DNA from: Candidatus Thalassarchaeaceae archaeon
GTDB taxonomy: Archaea > Thermoplasmatota > Poseidoniia > Poseidoniales > Thalassarchaeaceae
Length of the DNA stretch: 64,000 nt
Direction: 5' to 3'
NCBI GenBank assembly: GCA_045568235.1
Contig: JBJLBJ010000026.1
Location: 2,103-66,102 of the forward strand
The notes beneath the pieces are model-generated. The model was not told the DNA's origin. It did not search any database and saw nothing but the letters and a program-made list of their open reading frames with translations. The first letter of the stretch is position 1. Each line of letters starts with the position of its first letter. The position numbers were made by a program, and so were the translations under genes. Shown piece after piece: positions 29,028-38,698 of the stretch.

Positions 29028-29672
29028 ATGATTACTTTAATCCCGTTTGCACTGACATTTATTATAATTTCACTTTTTATTTATCAAACTACAAAAAGTA
29101 TTGAAAGTAACTCTTTTCCTAAAATATTTGCAACATTTTCCCTTGTATTCATATTGATAACTTTCTCTTCAATTAATACAGAATGGAATAGGATGACATC
29201 CGAACTTGTTGACGAAGCAGATGATCCACACTTCGGCCTTCCAGATTTATGGGATGGTAAACAAGCTGTTTGTTTTCATTTCCCAACACCTGAAACTTCT
29301 CCTTCAGGTTTAGATGATGGAAGACACCATTTTGATTTTGATGGAACAGATTTCAAAACTGATAAAGATTGGAATCAAACCGGTGGCTGTGTAGGTGGTT
29401 TTGAAGATTTTGATAATGGATTAGATTTACTAAATGCTGCAATTGAAGCAACTGGGAATACTTTTTTGGTAACCTCAACCCAATTTTCTTTTGGTCTACA
29501 AATAGATTCAATATCAGGAATCACACCTTGTGAAGTTTATGAGTGTGCATCCGATTTTTCATCTGGCGCTTACTGGGAACTTCTCCATAATGGTGCATAC
29601 TCAATGGTTGGAATTTCTGACCTTGTCTTAGATGAAGATAGTGTAGTGACTTGGCAAATAGCATCATATTAA
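29028..29672 (+). CDS. membrane-anchored protein with C-terminal DUF4430 (transcobalamin-beta-like) domain
   Basis: 214 aa with N-terminal TM(s). The C-terminal FGLQIDSISGI....GAYWELLHNGAYSMVGISDLVLDEDSVVTWQIA fits the DUF4430 pattern (fv.sIng...W.y.vNg....g.....l.dgD.v.w). Confidence 0.55.
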   Translation: MITLIPFALTFIIISLFIYQTTKSIESNSFPKIFATFSLVFILITFSSINTEWNRMTSELVDEADDPHFGLPDLWDGKQAVCFHFPTPETSPSGLDDGRHHFDFDGTDFKTDKDWNQTGGCVGGFEDFDNGLDLLNAAIEATGNTFLVTSTQFSFGLQIDSISGITPCEVYECASDFSSGAYWELLHNGAYSMVGISDLVLDEDSVVTWQIASY

Positions 29673-29718
29673 TCGCAACTATGAATAACATGGTTGTGGA
29701 CGATAGGGTTACGAGAAC

Positions 29719-30375
29719 ATGATTGATGCACATGCAGTTAACCTTGGACCTTATGGTTTACTTTTAGTTAATTTAACACTCCTATCTATGATAGGCTGGG
29801 CATTATGGAAAACTGAGAGAAACTTATCTTCACAGAGTGATACGATAGTTCTGTTTCTCCTAGGCATTTTTGCAGTTTCAGGAAGAATATTACTTGAACC
29901 AATACCAAATGTTCAGCCTGTTACAGTAATAATTCTAATGAGTGGCATATATTTTGGATTTAGTAGATCAATCATTCTAGCAACATCTGTTGCATTAATA
30001 TCTAATCTTTTTATTGGTCATGGATTGTGGACATTATATCAAGCCATTGCATGGTCATTAGTGGGTATAATAGGAGCCACATTGTCTAACAAATTACATT
30101 TGAATAATGCTACTTCTGACACACCTCTGATGGTGGTGGCAGTATCTTGTGCATTTATTTTTGATTGGGTTGTATCTCTTAGTGTTCTACATACTTTGGG
30201 ACCAGATTTACTATTTGTTTATATCCTGTCAGGAATTCCATTTGATATACTTCATGCAGTAGGAAATATGTTTTTTGTAGCATGGCTTGCTTCACCATTG
30301 AGTGAAATAATGACACGCCATTTGTCTGTAAAAAAACCATTGGCGGTGAAAGAAATTGTCAAAAATCGGATATGA
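29719..30375 (+). CDS. 6-TM membrane protein resembling ECF-transporter S components
   Basis: 218 aa. GRILLEPIPNVQPVTVIILMSG and GIPFDILHAVGN resemble blocks I remember from ECF S-component/DUF6580-type proteins. No EcfT/EcfA genes are adjacent. Confidence 0.45.
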   Translation: MIDAHAVNLGPYGLLLVNLTLLSMIGWALWKTERNLSSQSDTIVLFLLGIFAVSGRILLEPIPNVQPVTVIILMSGIYFGFSRSIILATSVALISNLFIGHGLWTLYQAIAWSLVGIIGATLSNKLHLNNATSDTPLMVVAVSCAFIFDWVVSLSVLHTLGPDLLFVYILSGIPFDILHAVGNMFFVAWLASPLSEIMTRHLSVKKPLAVKEIVKNRI

Positions 30376-30382
30376 AACAACT

Positions 30383-30727
30383 ATGGTTTTAGTCACACGA
30401 AATGACCTTAATCTTTCAAGTGGAAAATTAGCAGCTCAGTGTAGTCATGCAACGGCGGAATGTGTCCTTAAAGCAAAGCGTCAATCTCCGCAAATTCTCG
30501 ATAAGTATCTCAAAACTGGTGCAAGAAAAATCGTTTGTACTACTACAAATGTTGATGCGTTGAAGAGGATATACGGTGAAGCTAAAGATGCAGGATTAAT
30601 TTGCTACATGGTTAGGGATGCAGGTCATACAGAAATACCTCCTGGAACTGTAACAGTAGTAGGAATAGGCCCGGGAATGAGAAATTCTATTGATAAAATA
30701 ACAAGTAGCTTACCTTTAGTTAAGTGA
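30383..30727 (+). CDS. pth2: archaeal-type peptidyl-tRNA hydrolase Pth2
   Basis: The ORF is open from TTG 30356. ATG 30383 gives 114 aa starting MVLVTRNDLNLSSGKLAAQCSHA, with ...RDAGHTEIPPGTVTVVGIGP. This is the canonical PTH2 sequence and size. Confidence 0.9.
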   Translation: MVLVTRNDLNLSSGKLAAQCSHATAECVLKAKRQSPQILDKYLKTGARKIVCTTTNVDALKRIYGEAKDAGLICYMVRDAGHTEIPPGTVTVVGIGPGMRNSIDKITSSLPLVK

Positions 30728-30737
30728 TTCTACCATA

Positions 30738-31292
30738 ATGGTCATCAATAATCACCACTCCAGCAGAGACATGGTGACGCAAGTAGTACTATCTCCAGAG
30801 ACAAGAGAAGAATTACTTTCCAATTGTCCAGAGATGACTAATTTTGTAAATTGGTTAGATTCAATAGATAGGCGACCAGGACTGGATGAATTAGCCTTTA
30901 AATTATCAAATCTGAAACCTAATTCTACTGCGTTAGAAAACTGTGTTGGTTATGCTAAAGAAGGATATCAAAGGCATGTTATTAAGAAAAATGATTTTTA
31001 CGAATTAGCAACAATTTGTTGGAAACCAGGGCAAAAAACTCCTATACACGACCATGTTGGAAGTGATTGTGCATTCCTAATAGTTTCTGGGACATCTACG
31101 GAAACAATCTATGAAACTAATGGCAATGGCCTAGTGTTTCCGACTAAGTCAATAATAAGGAAGTCAGGAGAGGTATGTGCAGCAGAAGAGCAAGATATTC
31201 ATGTTGTATCTAACGATGGAGACTCCGGTCTTGTTGAATTACATGTATATACTCCACCTTTGAGTGGATATAATGTCTATTCTAGTGTATAA
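30738..31292 (+). CDS. cysteine dioxygenase type I-like cupin
   Basis: 184 aa. WKPGQKTPIHDHVGSDCAFLIVSGTSTETIY matches the CDO-I cupin motif (W.pGq.spiHdH...c...vl.G). Confidence 0.6.
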   Translation: MVINNHHSSRDMVTQVVLSPETREELLSNCPEMTNFVNWLDSIDRRPGLDELAFKLSNLKPNSTALENCVGYAKEGYQRHVIKKNDFYELATICWKPGQKTPIHDHVGSDCAFLIVSGTSTETIYETNGNGLVFPTKSIIRKSGEVCAAEEQDIHVVSNDGDSGLVELHVYTPPLSGYNVYSSV

Positions 31293-31295
31293 TGC

Positions 31296-32915
31296 TCATA
31301 TCATTAGATCTAATGCCTTTTCTACCCATCCTTGTTTTTCAATTCTTCCAGGAGGGAATTCAATTGCATTATTTATTATTTCCATATTTTTCGCATCCAT
31401 TCTACTGATTTGTTCATATGATATAATTTCTAATGCATTTAATTTTCTTTCTACAAATTTATCAATACCATCTATTTTAGTCAAGTCATCCGATTCATCA
31501 AAATCTGCATCGCCAATTACTTTCCAATTAACTTGATGAACTCTAAGTGCTATTCTTTCGAGAACTAATTCTTCTCTAACCATTAAATTAGCTTTTAATT
31601 TCAACTCTGCTTCCGTAGCTTCTCTTTCTACTCTTTGCCTTTCTGTTTCCATGCCTACAACCTGATCAACTTCAGTGTCTGCTTCAGATTCTAATCTATC
31701 CAATTCAGCTTGAACCTTTTCGGCCTTTTTTAGTGTCTCGTTGATGGCTTCTCTTTCTGACTTTATCTGTTCTTTCATTTCTTCTTTTTCTGCTTGTGCT
31801 TTAGCAGCTTCAGCCTTTGCTAATTCTATGTCTTTTTCTAATGCAGCAATTTCTTTGACCACACTTTTTGCTGCCTTTCTTTCATGAGTCAATTGTCCTT
31901 TTGTTTTATGTAAAGCTTCTTTACTTTCAGCCATTGCTTTTTTAGCCTCTTCTTCTTTTTCTGCCCTCTTTTCTCCCTCAGTTTCTATTTTTTCTGTGGC
32001 CTTTCCTTTAATCTCACTAAGCTTAGCCAACTCTTCTTGAGCCTTTTCTTGAGCCTTTTTAGCCTCTTTAATCTGTTTTTCAGCAATCTTTCTTTCCATT
32101 GTAACTTTCTTTGCCTCGGCTTCAGCTTTGGCAGTTGCCTTCATTTCTTTTTGTAATTCTTTTGTTGCTTCTTTAGCAGCAGCCATCGCTTCCTTTGCTT
32201 CTTTCATCAATACTTTACTCTTTTCCGTTTCTTCTGCTACCTTCTCTTTAGCTTCACTTTCTCTAGCTTGTAAAGACTCTCTAGAAGCCATGGAGTCTTC
32301 TGCAGCCTTTGCCATCATCTCTTGAGCAGCAGCAGCCTTTGCTTCAGCTTCTTTTCTTTCTAACTCTGCTTTTTTAGCCTGTGCCTGGGCTTTAACGGCT
32401 TCTTTAGCATCCTTTGCTTCAGCCTTTTTAGCCTGTGCTTGTACTTTTGCAGATTCTTTGGCTGAAGCAATAGCATCCTTTTTAGCCTTAGCATCAGCTT
32501 TAGCATTGGCTTTAGCTTGTGCCTTTGCAGCTGCTATCTTTTCTTTCTTGGCTTCTGCATCAGCCTTTGCTTGCTCTTTTGCAGCCGTTTTTGCTTCACT
32601 GGCTTCAATTTCAGCAGCCAATTCAGCCTTGGCATCATCTTCTGAAACTTCTATTTTCTTTTTCTTCTTTTTCTTAGGTTTTTCTTCTGGCTCAGGAACT
32701 TCTTCTACTACCTCAACTTTCTTTTTTGGTTTAGCTTTCGCTTCCTTAGCATATTTTTGAAGTAATTTTTTAATCATTGTGTCATAATTACCATCAAATT
32801 TAGCCAATAATTTGGGGATATTTTCTAACCTAGTTGTTAATTCAGGTTCTTCAACATATTTTTTATATGTTTTCTTCAAAATCGCCGTAGCCTCTTCCTC
32901 TGATAACTTGCCCAC
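31296..32915 (-). CDS. Lys/Glu/Ala-rich coiled-coil protein with small globular N- and C-terminal domains (C-terminal helix-hairpin-helix-like)
   Basis: 539 aa with a GTG start. About 400 aa are low-complexity AKAEAK/KKAEAE sequence. The C-terminal LTKIDGIDKFVERKLNALEIISYEQISRM...FPPGRIEKQGWVEKA resembles the L..I.GIG...E.KLN..GI..F.QIA...F.GRI.R..WV domain seen at the ends of some bacterial NuoE/L21 proteins. Confidence 0.7.
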   Translation of the reverse strand: MGKLSEEEATAILKKTYKKYVEEPELTTRLENIPKLLAKFDGNYDTMIKKLLQKYAKEAKAKPKKKVEVVEEVPEPEEKPKKKKKKKIEVSEDDAKAELAAEIEASEAKTAAKEQAKADAEAKKEKIAAAKAQAKANAKADAKAKKDAIASAKESAKVQAQAKKAEAKDAKEAVKAQAQAKKAELERKEAEAKAAAAQEMMAKAAEDSMASRESLQARESEAKEKVAEETEKSKVLMKEAKEAMAAAKEATKELQKEMKATAKAEAEAKKVTMERKIAEKQIKEAKKAQEKAQEELAKLSEIKGKATEKIETEGEKRAEKEEEAKKAMAESKEALHKTKGQLTHERKAAKSVVKEIAALEKDIELAKAEAAKAQAEKEEMKEQIKSEREAINETLKKAEKVQAELDRLESEADTEVDQVVGMETERQRVEREATEAELKLKANLMVREELVLERIALRVHQVNWKVIGDADFDESDDLTKIDGIDKFVERKLNALEIISYEQISRMDAKNMEIINNAIEFPPGRIEKQGWVEKALDLMI

Positions 32916-32999
32916 GGGTTTGGGCTAGACAACTTAGGTTTAATATTTTGACCTATAATTTGTCAATATTCGCAATTATTAAAAAAATTATAATTTAAA

Positions 33000-34226
33000 T
33001 TACATCAACATTTCTTCTAATCTAGTCAATCCCAAGTCCACATTATCATAAGAAGGACCAAATGAAAATCTGACCCATTTGTTAAATTGTTGTTCCTCTC
33101 TGATTGGTTTAGGATTCACATCAAAAAATGTACCAGGTACTGTCATCACTTTCCTATCCAGCGCTTTCCAAAAGAAATCTATACCAGTATTATATCCTTC
33201 TGGCAAGTCTTCTACACATGCCCAAACATAGAATGTAGAATCACCTTCTAGACATCTAATTCCCATCTTAGTCAATCTATCAACCATCATATTCTTTTTC
33301 TTTGAGAACATTTCTCTTAATGCACTAGTTTCTTGATCTGCATATTCTGATTCTAATGCACGCAACGCTAATCTTTGACTAACTCTACTGGGGCCTCCAT
33401 CAATTGCACTTGCAGCTCTACCTAAAGTCTCAATTATTTCTGATGGACCTAGAACCCATCCCATCCTCCATCCTGGATATCTAAACGATTTGGTAAGCCC
33501 ATCAATCACTAGGATCGGATCTGTTTCTGGATCATCAACGAATTCAGCACTTGATACTGGTCCACAACCAGGATCTCTCCCCTCATAAATGAAATGAGAA
33601 TAAAATTCATCCATCAATAAAACACAGCCTGTTTCTCTTGCAGTTTCGCAGTATGATGCTAATTCGTCTCCTTGTATGACATGGCCAGTAGGATTACAAG
33701 GATTTGAAACTAAATAACTATCCAAATTTTTGGCAATATTTTTGAATTCATCAGCAGGTATTGAGAAATTATTTTCTTCTTTGGTAGGAATCAAAATTGG
33801 TTCTAAACGAGGAGTTGCATAATCCATCATATCTTGATATGCAGTGTAATCAGGTATCTGATATCCCATTTTACCTTGAACTGCACCAAAAATCCGACTA
33901 AGCATCAATCTTCCTCCCTGTGCTATTCCAACATTGGCTGCAGTATACGGCTTCTTACCTCGTCGATAATATCTATTGTAATGTTTAGCAACAGCTTCTC
34001 TCATCTCATCTGTACCATTTATTGGACCATAAGCCTGATCTTCAGGTTCAATTAATACATTTCTAAGCCTATCCGGGGCACCTTCCATTTCTCCTATCTC
34101 GGGTTGTCCTTGGCCAAGATTACACCAATCAGGATTACCGTTCCAAAAACCTCTTTTTACTGCTTCAGAAACTACCCAAATTACGCCCATGTATGGTACT
34201 TCTCGAAATGCCCCTTCTCCTTCCAT
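33000..34226 (-). CDS. class I/II PLP-dependent aminotransferase
   Basis: 408 aa. Motifs are SNPCNPTG, the PLP-lysine block DGLTKSFRYPGWRMGW, and RFSFG near the C-terminus. Confidence 0.85.
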   Translation of the reverse strand: MEGEGAFREVPYMGVIWVVSEAVKRGFWNGNPDWCNLGQGQPEIGEMEGAPDRLRNVLIEPEDQAYGPINGTDEMREAVAKHYNRYYRRGKKPYTAANVGIAQGGRLMLSRIFGAVQGKMGYQIPDYTAYQDMMDYATPRLEPILIPTKEENNFSIPADEFKNIAKNLDSYLVSNPCNPTGHVIQGDELASYCETARETGCVLLMDEFYSHFIYEGRDPGCGPVSSAEFVDDPETDPILVIDGLTKSFRYPGWRMGWVLGPSEIIETLGRAASAIDGGPSRVSQRLALRALESEYADQETSALREMFSKKKNMMVDRLTKMGIRCLEGDSTFYVWACVEDLPEGYNTGIDFFWKALDRKVMTVPGTFFDVNPKPIREEQQFNKWVRFSFGPSYDNVDLGLTRLEEMLM

Positions 34227-34349
34227 GTTCTCCGGTATTTGTACATCATATCAATATTATTAATTATATTTTTTTAAAAATATTATTTATTTCCTATTAT
34301 CTCAATTTATTTACGTATAAATAATATATTAAGTATATTACCGCCTATT

Positions 34350-37300
34350 ATGTTTAGACCTAATCTCGTTGATTCTATAATTAGTTTGACAATGTGCTTC
34401 TTGATGATTGTTGCTCCTTTAACCGCGTTATCTTCAAATTATGAAGAGACGGCCTTGGATGAAGAAACAAGGAAGTACTATACTATAGGATCATTAAATA
34501 TGCCGGGTTTCCAATCTGGATCAATTTACTCAAATGATACAATTTCTGTTGGGGACCAATATGCATGTGCTGTATCAAATGGAGATGTATTATGTTGGGG
34601 CAGAAATTACTATGGAACAATAGGATATATACATACTCCAGGACAAGGCTTACAATATGGTAGCGATACTAACAAAGCACACCCTACTAATGCCAATTCT
34701 CTATATTCCCATTATGGATACTTTGTAGAAGTAGTTGCTGGAGCACAATCGACATGCGCGTTAAACACCGAAGGTGATGTTTACTGTTGGGGTGGAAACG
34801 CATATGGTCAATTAGGAAATGGAGATAATGATGTATCCGATAATACCGCCCAAGACCGAGAGATAATTACACCAAGATCGGTTCTTCTTCCAGAAAATAC
34901 ATCTGCGATTTCTATTTCTTCTTCAGAGAGACAGCACAAATGTGCAATATTGAATAATTCAGAAACTGTATGCTGGGGTCAAAATAACTGGGGGCAATTA
35001 GGTGCTGGATGGACTTGTGATGAGGATGAAGATAGCTGTACAGAAATTAATACCGATAACAATTATTGGGAATACACGGGGACTTCATTTCCTCAAGTTG
35101 TAGACTTCCCCGAAAATAAATCTGCTATTTCTGTTGATGCTGGTGATAGTTTTACTTGTGCAATTACTGAAGACCATTCAATTTACTGTTGGGGTCAAAA
35201 TAACTGGGGGCAACTCGGACAAGGGAATTATAATTCTCTAAGCTCCCCTGAATTAGTCGAATTACCAGGAGATAGAGAAGCAGGTGCTATCGCTCTTGCC
35301 AAAGAAAGTGTCTGTGCAATTTCAATGGATCAAAATGTCTATTGTTGGGGCAGGGGTTCCATCGGACAACTTGGTAATGGTAATAATCAGACTAAAACTA
35401 CTCCAACCTTAGTTATACTGGAAGAAGGCGATAATCCAGTATCCATAACCGCAGGTGGTGCTTTTTATTGTTTAATTTTAGATACCGGGCAATCTAAATG
35501 TTGGGGAGAGAATTGGCATGGGGGATTAGGAGATGGAGGGTCTTTGGATCAATGGGGAAATGGAATGTATCAACTATATCCTTTCAATGTAACAGGCAAC
35601 CACTCATTTTCTGGAATAGAATCGGGACTTCAGAATACATGCGCAATCAAGACTAATGGTTCTGCTTATTGCTGGGGAAGGCCATATGAAGGAGCCATAG
35701 GAGATGGATCAAGACTCATGACAACACAGAAAAATTGGCCATCTAGAGTTGGCACTTCTACGAACCCACTCTTTACAGACGCTTCTGAATTAGATCATGA
35801 TGATGATGGAATAATTACTATTTTTGACTCCAACCCATACATGTGTAGTTCTGGTTTTTATCAAGTAGAAAATATATGTATTGAAGTCCCTGCGGGGTCG
35901 TATTCTGTAAATGGTATCCAATATTTATGTGATATTGGAACTTATCAACCTCAATCTGGCCAAGATTCCTGTTTAGAAGCCGATCCGGGCCATTATGTTA
36001 ATGTGATAAATTCTTCAAATCAAGACGAATGTCTTGCAGGAACACATCAACCAAATTCAGCACAAGGTGAATGTATAGGAAATTCTCCCGGATATTATTC
36101 TTTAAATGGTGCTGATCAACAAATTGGTTGCCCTACTGGTTCTTATCAACCATCTGCGAATAGTACAGATTGTATACCCACAGATCCTGGATATTTTACC
36201 AACTCTATTGGCTCTAGTTCTCAAACCGCCTGTCCGGCCGGTTCTTATCAACCATATTCAAGTCAAATTACTTGTATTCAAGCAAGTATGGGTTATTTTG
36301 TAGCTTCCTCAGGTTCAAACAGCCAAGAAATGTGTACTTTAGGAAACTATTCAGATTCTTTAGGGCAATTTGAATGTACATTAGCTTCTCCAGGATATTA
36401 CGTCTCTGTAGATGGTTCAAGCAGCCAAGAGGCATGCGAATCAGGAACTTATCAAACCCTACAAGGACAAACAGATTGTATGTATGCATCTGCAGGTTAT
36501 TATGTCCCTTCTAATGGCTCTTCACAACAAATTTCTTGCCCTGAAGGCAGTTTTCAGCCTGCAGGCGGAAGTAGTTCATGTATTCTAGCAGGCTCAGGAT
36601 TTTATGTTTCTGATTTAGGTGCAACAGAGCAATTACAATGTCAACAAGGGACTTTTTCTTCTGAAGAGGGTCAAGAAGCATGCACTCCTGCAGCGCCAGG
36701 ATTCTTTGTAGATACTGATGGTGCAACTGCGCCATCGCCTTGTCCTGCTGGTCAATACCAAGATTCCGAAGGATCTGGATCTTGTGTAGATTCTCCGCCA
36801 GGATATGTAACAAGTGCAGATGGTTCTTCTACAACATCTCCTTGTCAACCGGGGACATATGCAGTGGCTGGCCAATCTTCATGCGTGGATGCAGATCCTG
36901 GAAATTTTGTATCTGATTCAGCACAATCATCTCAACAACTTTGTGAACAAGGAACATACCAACCTGAATCAGGACAATCTTCTTGTTTATTGTCACAACC
37001 TGGAAATTTTGTCGATAAATACGGGGCAACTGAACAAACACCTTGTGATGAAGGAACATATCAAACAGGTCAAAATAAATTAGGATGCATGAATGCAGAT
37101 CCTGGAAATTTTGTTCCTTCTACAGGAAGATCATATCAGAATAGTTGTGAAAAAGGACAATATCAATCAGAAGCAGGTCAATCTGAATGTTTAATGGCAG
37201 ATCCAGGAAATTTTGTACCTTCATCAGGCGCAGACAAACAATTCCCTTGCTCGCCCGGTAGTTATCAACCAGCATCAGGTCAATCTAATTGTGAAATGGC

Positions 37301-37586
37301 CTCTGAAGATCATTTCGTAGGAGAATCAGGAGCAACCGAACAAACACCATGTTCTTCGGATGATGTACAACCTAATACAGGAGCCTTGAAATGCCTCAAA
37401 GGCCCAAGTACATTTGGTGACTATTTACCAATTCTAATAATTCCTTTACTCATTGTTGCTTCTGCTTTATTTTACAAATATAGAAAGAAGACAGATGGAG
37501 TTGCAACTAAAAAGGGTAGAAATGATAAATGGGGAGAGAAAACAATAGATTATGTTCCTAAGACCATAGGAAGAAAGAGGAAATAA
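34350..37586 (+). CDS. giant cell-surface protein: signal/TM, RCC1-repeat beta-propeller, 15x 34-aa Cys repeats (ephrin-receptor-like/GCC2-GCC3-like), C-terminal TM anchor
   Basis: 1078 aa. There are seven or so (V/I)(Y/L)CWG.N..GQLG repeats. These are followed by repeats of C..G.YQ...GQ..C..A.PG.FV...G...Q. The C-terminus has YLPILIIPLLIVASALFY followed by a basic tail. Confidence 0.85.
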   Translation: MFRPNLVDSIISLTMCFLMIVAPLTALSSNYEETALDEETRKYYTIGSLNMPGFQSGSIYSNDTISVGDQYACAVSNGDVLCWGRNYYGTIGYIHTPGQGLQYGSDTNKAHPTNANSLYSHYGYFVEVVAGAQSTCALNTEGDVYCWGGNAYGQLGNGDNDVSDNTAQDREIITPRSVLLPENTSAISISSSERQHKCAILNNSETVCWGQNNWGQLGAGWTCDEDEDSCTEINTDNNYWEYTGTSFPQVVDFPENKSAISVDAGDSFTCAITEDHSIYCWGQNNWGQLGQGNYNSLSSPELVELPGDREAGAIALAKESVCAISMDQNVYCWGRGSIGQLGNGNNQTKTTPTLVILEEGDNPVSITAGGAFYCLILDTGQSKCWGENWHGGLGDGGSLDQWGNGMYQLYPFNVTGNHSFSGIESGLQNTCAIKTNGSAYCWGRPYEGAIGDGSRLMTTQKNWPSRVGTSTNPLFTDASELDHDDDGIITIFDSNPYMCSSGFYQVENICIEVPAGSYSVNGIQYLCDIGTYQPQSGQDSCLEADPGHYVNVINSSNQDECLAGTHQPNSAQGECIGNSPGYYSLNGADQQIGCPTGSYQPSANSTDCIPTDPGYFTNSIGSSSQTACPAGSYQPYSSQITCIQASMGYFVASSGSNSQEMCTLGNYSDSLGQFECTLASPGYYVSVDGSSSQEACESGTYQTLQGQTDCMYASAGYYVPSNGSSQQISCPEGSFQPAGGSSSCILAGSGFYVSDLGATEQLQCQQGTFSSEEGQEACTPAAPGFFVDTDGATAPSPCPAGQYQDSEGSGSCVDSPPGYVTSADGSSTTSPCQPGTYAVAGQSSCVDADPGNFVSDSAQSSQQLCEQGTYQPESGQSSCLLSQPGNFVDKYGATEQTPCDEGTYQTGQNKLGCMNADPGNFVPSTGRSYQNSCEKGQYQSEAGQSECLMADPGNFVPSSGADKQFPCSPGSYQPASGQSNCEMASEDHFVGESGATEQTPCSSDDVQPNTGALKCLKGPSTFGDYLPILIIPLLIVASALFYKYRKKTDGVATKKGRNDKWGEKTIDYVPKTIGRKRK
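35844..37397 (+). repeat. ~15 tandem 102-bp (34-aa) coding repeats
   Basis: Unit example: CPAGSYQPYSSQIT-CIQASMGYFVASSGSNSQEM. The repeats are diverged at the DNA level. They generate the many spurious out-of-frame and antisense ORFs in the track (36106-37083). Confidence 0.8.
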
Positions 37587-37617
37587 CAAATTTAAATTAT
37601 TTTATTTGGTGCTAACT

Positions 37618-38658
37618 ATGCGCGACTACCCTGGAGAAAGAATAGATTTTCGTAGTGATACAGTTACTAGACCTGTTCAGGCAATGAGAGACGCCATGTC
37701 AACCGCAGAAGTAGGCGATGATGTTCTCGGTGACGATCCTACGGTTATTGAACTACAGAATCGTATTGCAAGTATGTTAGGAAAAGAAGCAGCAATATTT
37801 GTTCCTTCAGGAACTATGTCAAATGCAATTGCAATCAAAACTCATACAAATCCTGGTGATGAAATAATTGCACATGAGAAAAGTCATATTTACCGATATG
37901 AAGGAGGAGGATATGCTATGCTATCGGGTTGTTCCGTAGCCCTTGTTGGAGGCGCACATGGCATCATGTCTGCAGATTCTGTCAAAAAAGCAATTAGGAA
38001 AGTAGAAGGTAGTCAAGCACATTATCCGAATGGATCATTAGTTTGTGTAGAAAATCCTCCTATGTATGGAGGGACATTTTATTCCCAGGAAGAATTGGAC
38101 GAGATATGCGATGTTGCACATGCCAATAATTGCAAAGCTCATTTGGATGGAGCTAGAATTTTTAATGCCGCTATAGCAAGTGGAACAGATGTTGCACGAA
38201 TGGTAGAAAAATTTGATACTGTATCAGTATGCCTTTCTAAAGGCCTAGGAGCACCAATTGGCTCAGTTTTAGTTGGTGATAAAAATACAATCAATGAAGC
38301 ACATAGGTGGAGAAAAATGTTTGGCGGAGGAATGCGTCAAGTAGGAATTATAGCAGCAGCAGGATTATATGTTCTTGACAATAATATTGAAAGAATTAAA
38401 GAAGATCATTTACGCGCCAAATATTTGGCTGAAAAAATAAATTCAATGAAAAATTATTCTGTAAATTTAGAGATCACTAAGACAAATATAATTTTCATTA
38501 AATGTATTGAAGACAGTCATGAAGTAGTTAAAAAATTGTCCAATGAAGGAATAGACGTTTCATCTATTGACGACTCTACTATACGCATAGTAATTCATCT
38601 ACATATTACAGATGAAGATATAGAAAATACTATCATTGCGTTTTCTAATACACATTGA
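37618..38658 (+). CDS. ltaE: low-specificity L-threonine aldolase
   Basis: The ORF is open from TTG 37606, with ATG at 37618. IDFRSDTVTRP, VGDDVLGDDPTV..L and FVPSGTMSN are the conserved threonine aldolase N-terminal blocks. The PLP-Lys region is CLSKGLGAP. Confidence 0.85.
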   Translation: MRDYPGERIDFRSDTVTRPVQAMRDAMSTAEVGDDVLGDDPTVIELQNRIASMLGKEAAIFVPSGTMSNAIAIKTHTNPGDEIIAHEKSHIYRYEGGGYAMLSGCSVALVGGAHGIMSADSVKKAIRKVEGSQAHYPNGSLVCVENPPMYGGTFYSQEELDEICDVAHANNCKAHLDGARIFNAAIASGTDVARMVEKFDTVSVCLSKGLGAPIGSVLVGDKNTINEAHRWRKMFGGGMRQVGIIAAAGLYVLDNNIERIKEDHLRAKYLAEKINSMKNYSVNLEITKTNIIFIKCIEDSHEVVKKLSNEGIDVSSIDDSTIRIVIHLHITDEDIENTIIAFSNTH

Positions 38659-38698
38659 GACGGAAGTATTCAAAATCTATCTTCCCCTCATCATAATT

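Noticed and set aside
32128-32760. Two plus-strand ORFs (32128..32325, 32458..32760) rich in Ala/Ser/Phe
   Set aside because: They are the antisense reading of the AAG/GCT-type low-complexity DNA encoding the Lys/Glu/Ala-rich protein, so they are artefacts of the repeat.
36106-37083. Cluster of six overlapping ORFs on both strands inside the surface-protein gene
   Set aside because: They arise from the 102-bp repeat array, where stops are depleted in several frames. The 1078-aa frame with RCC1 and Cys repeats explains the region.
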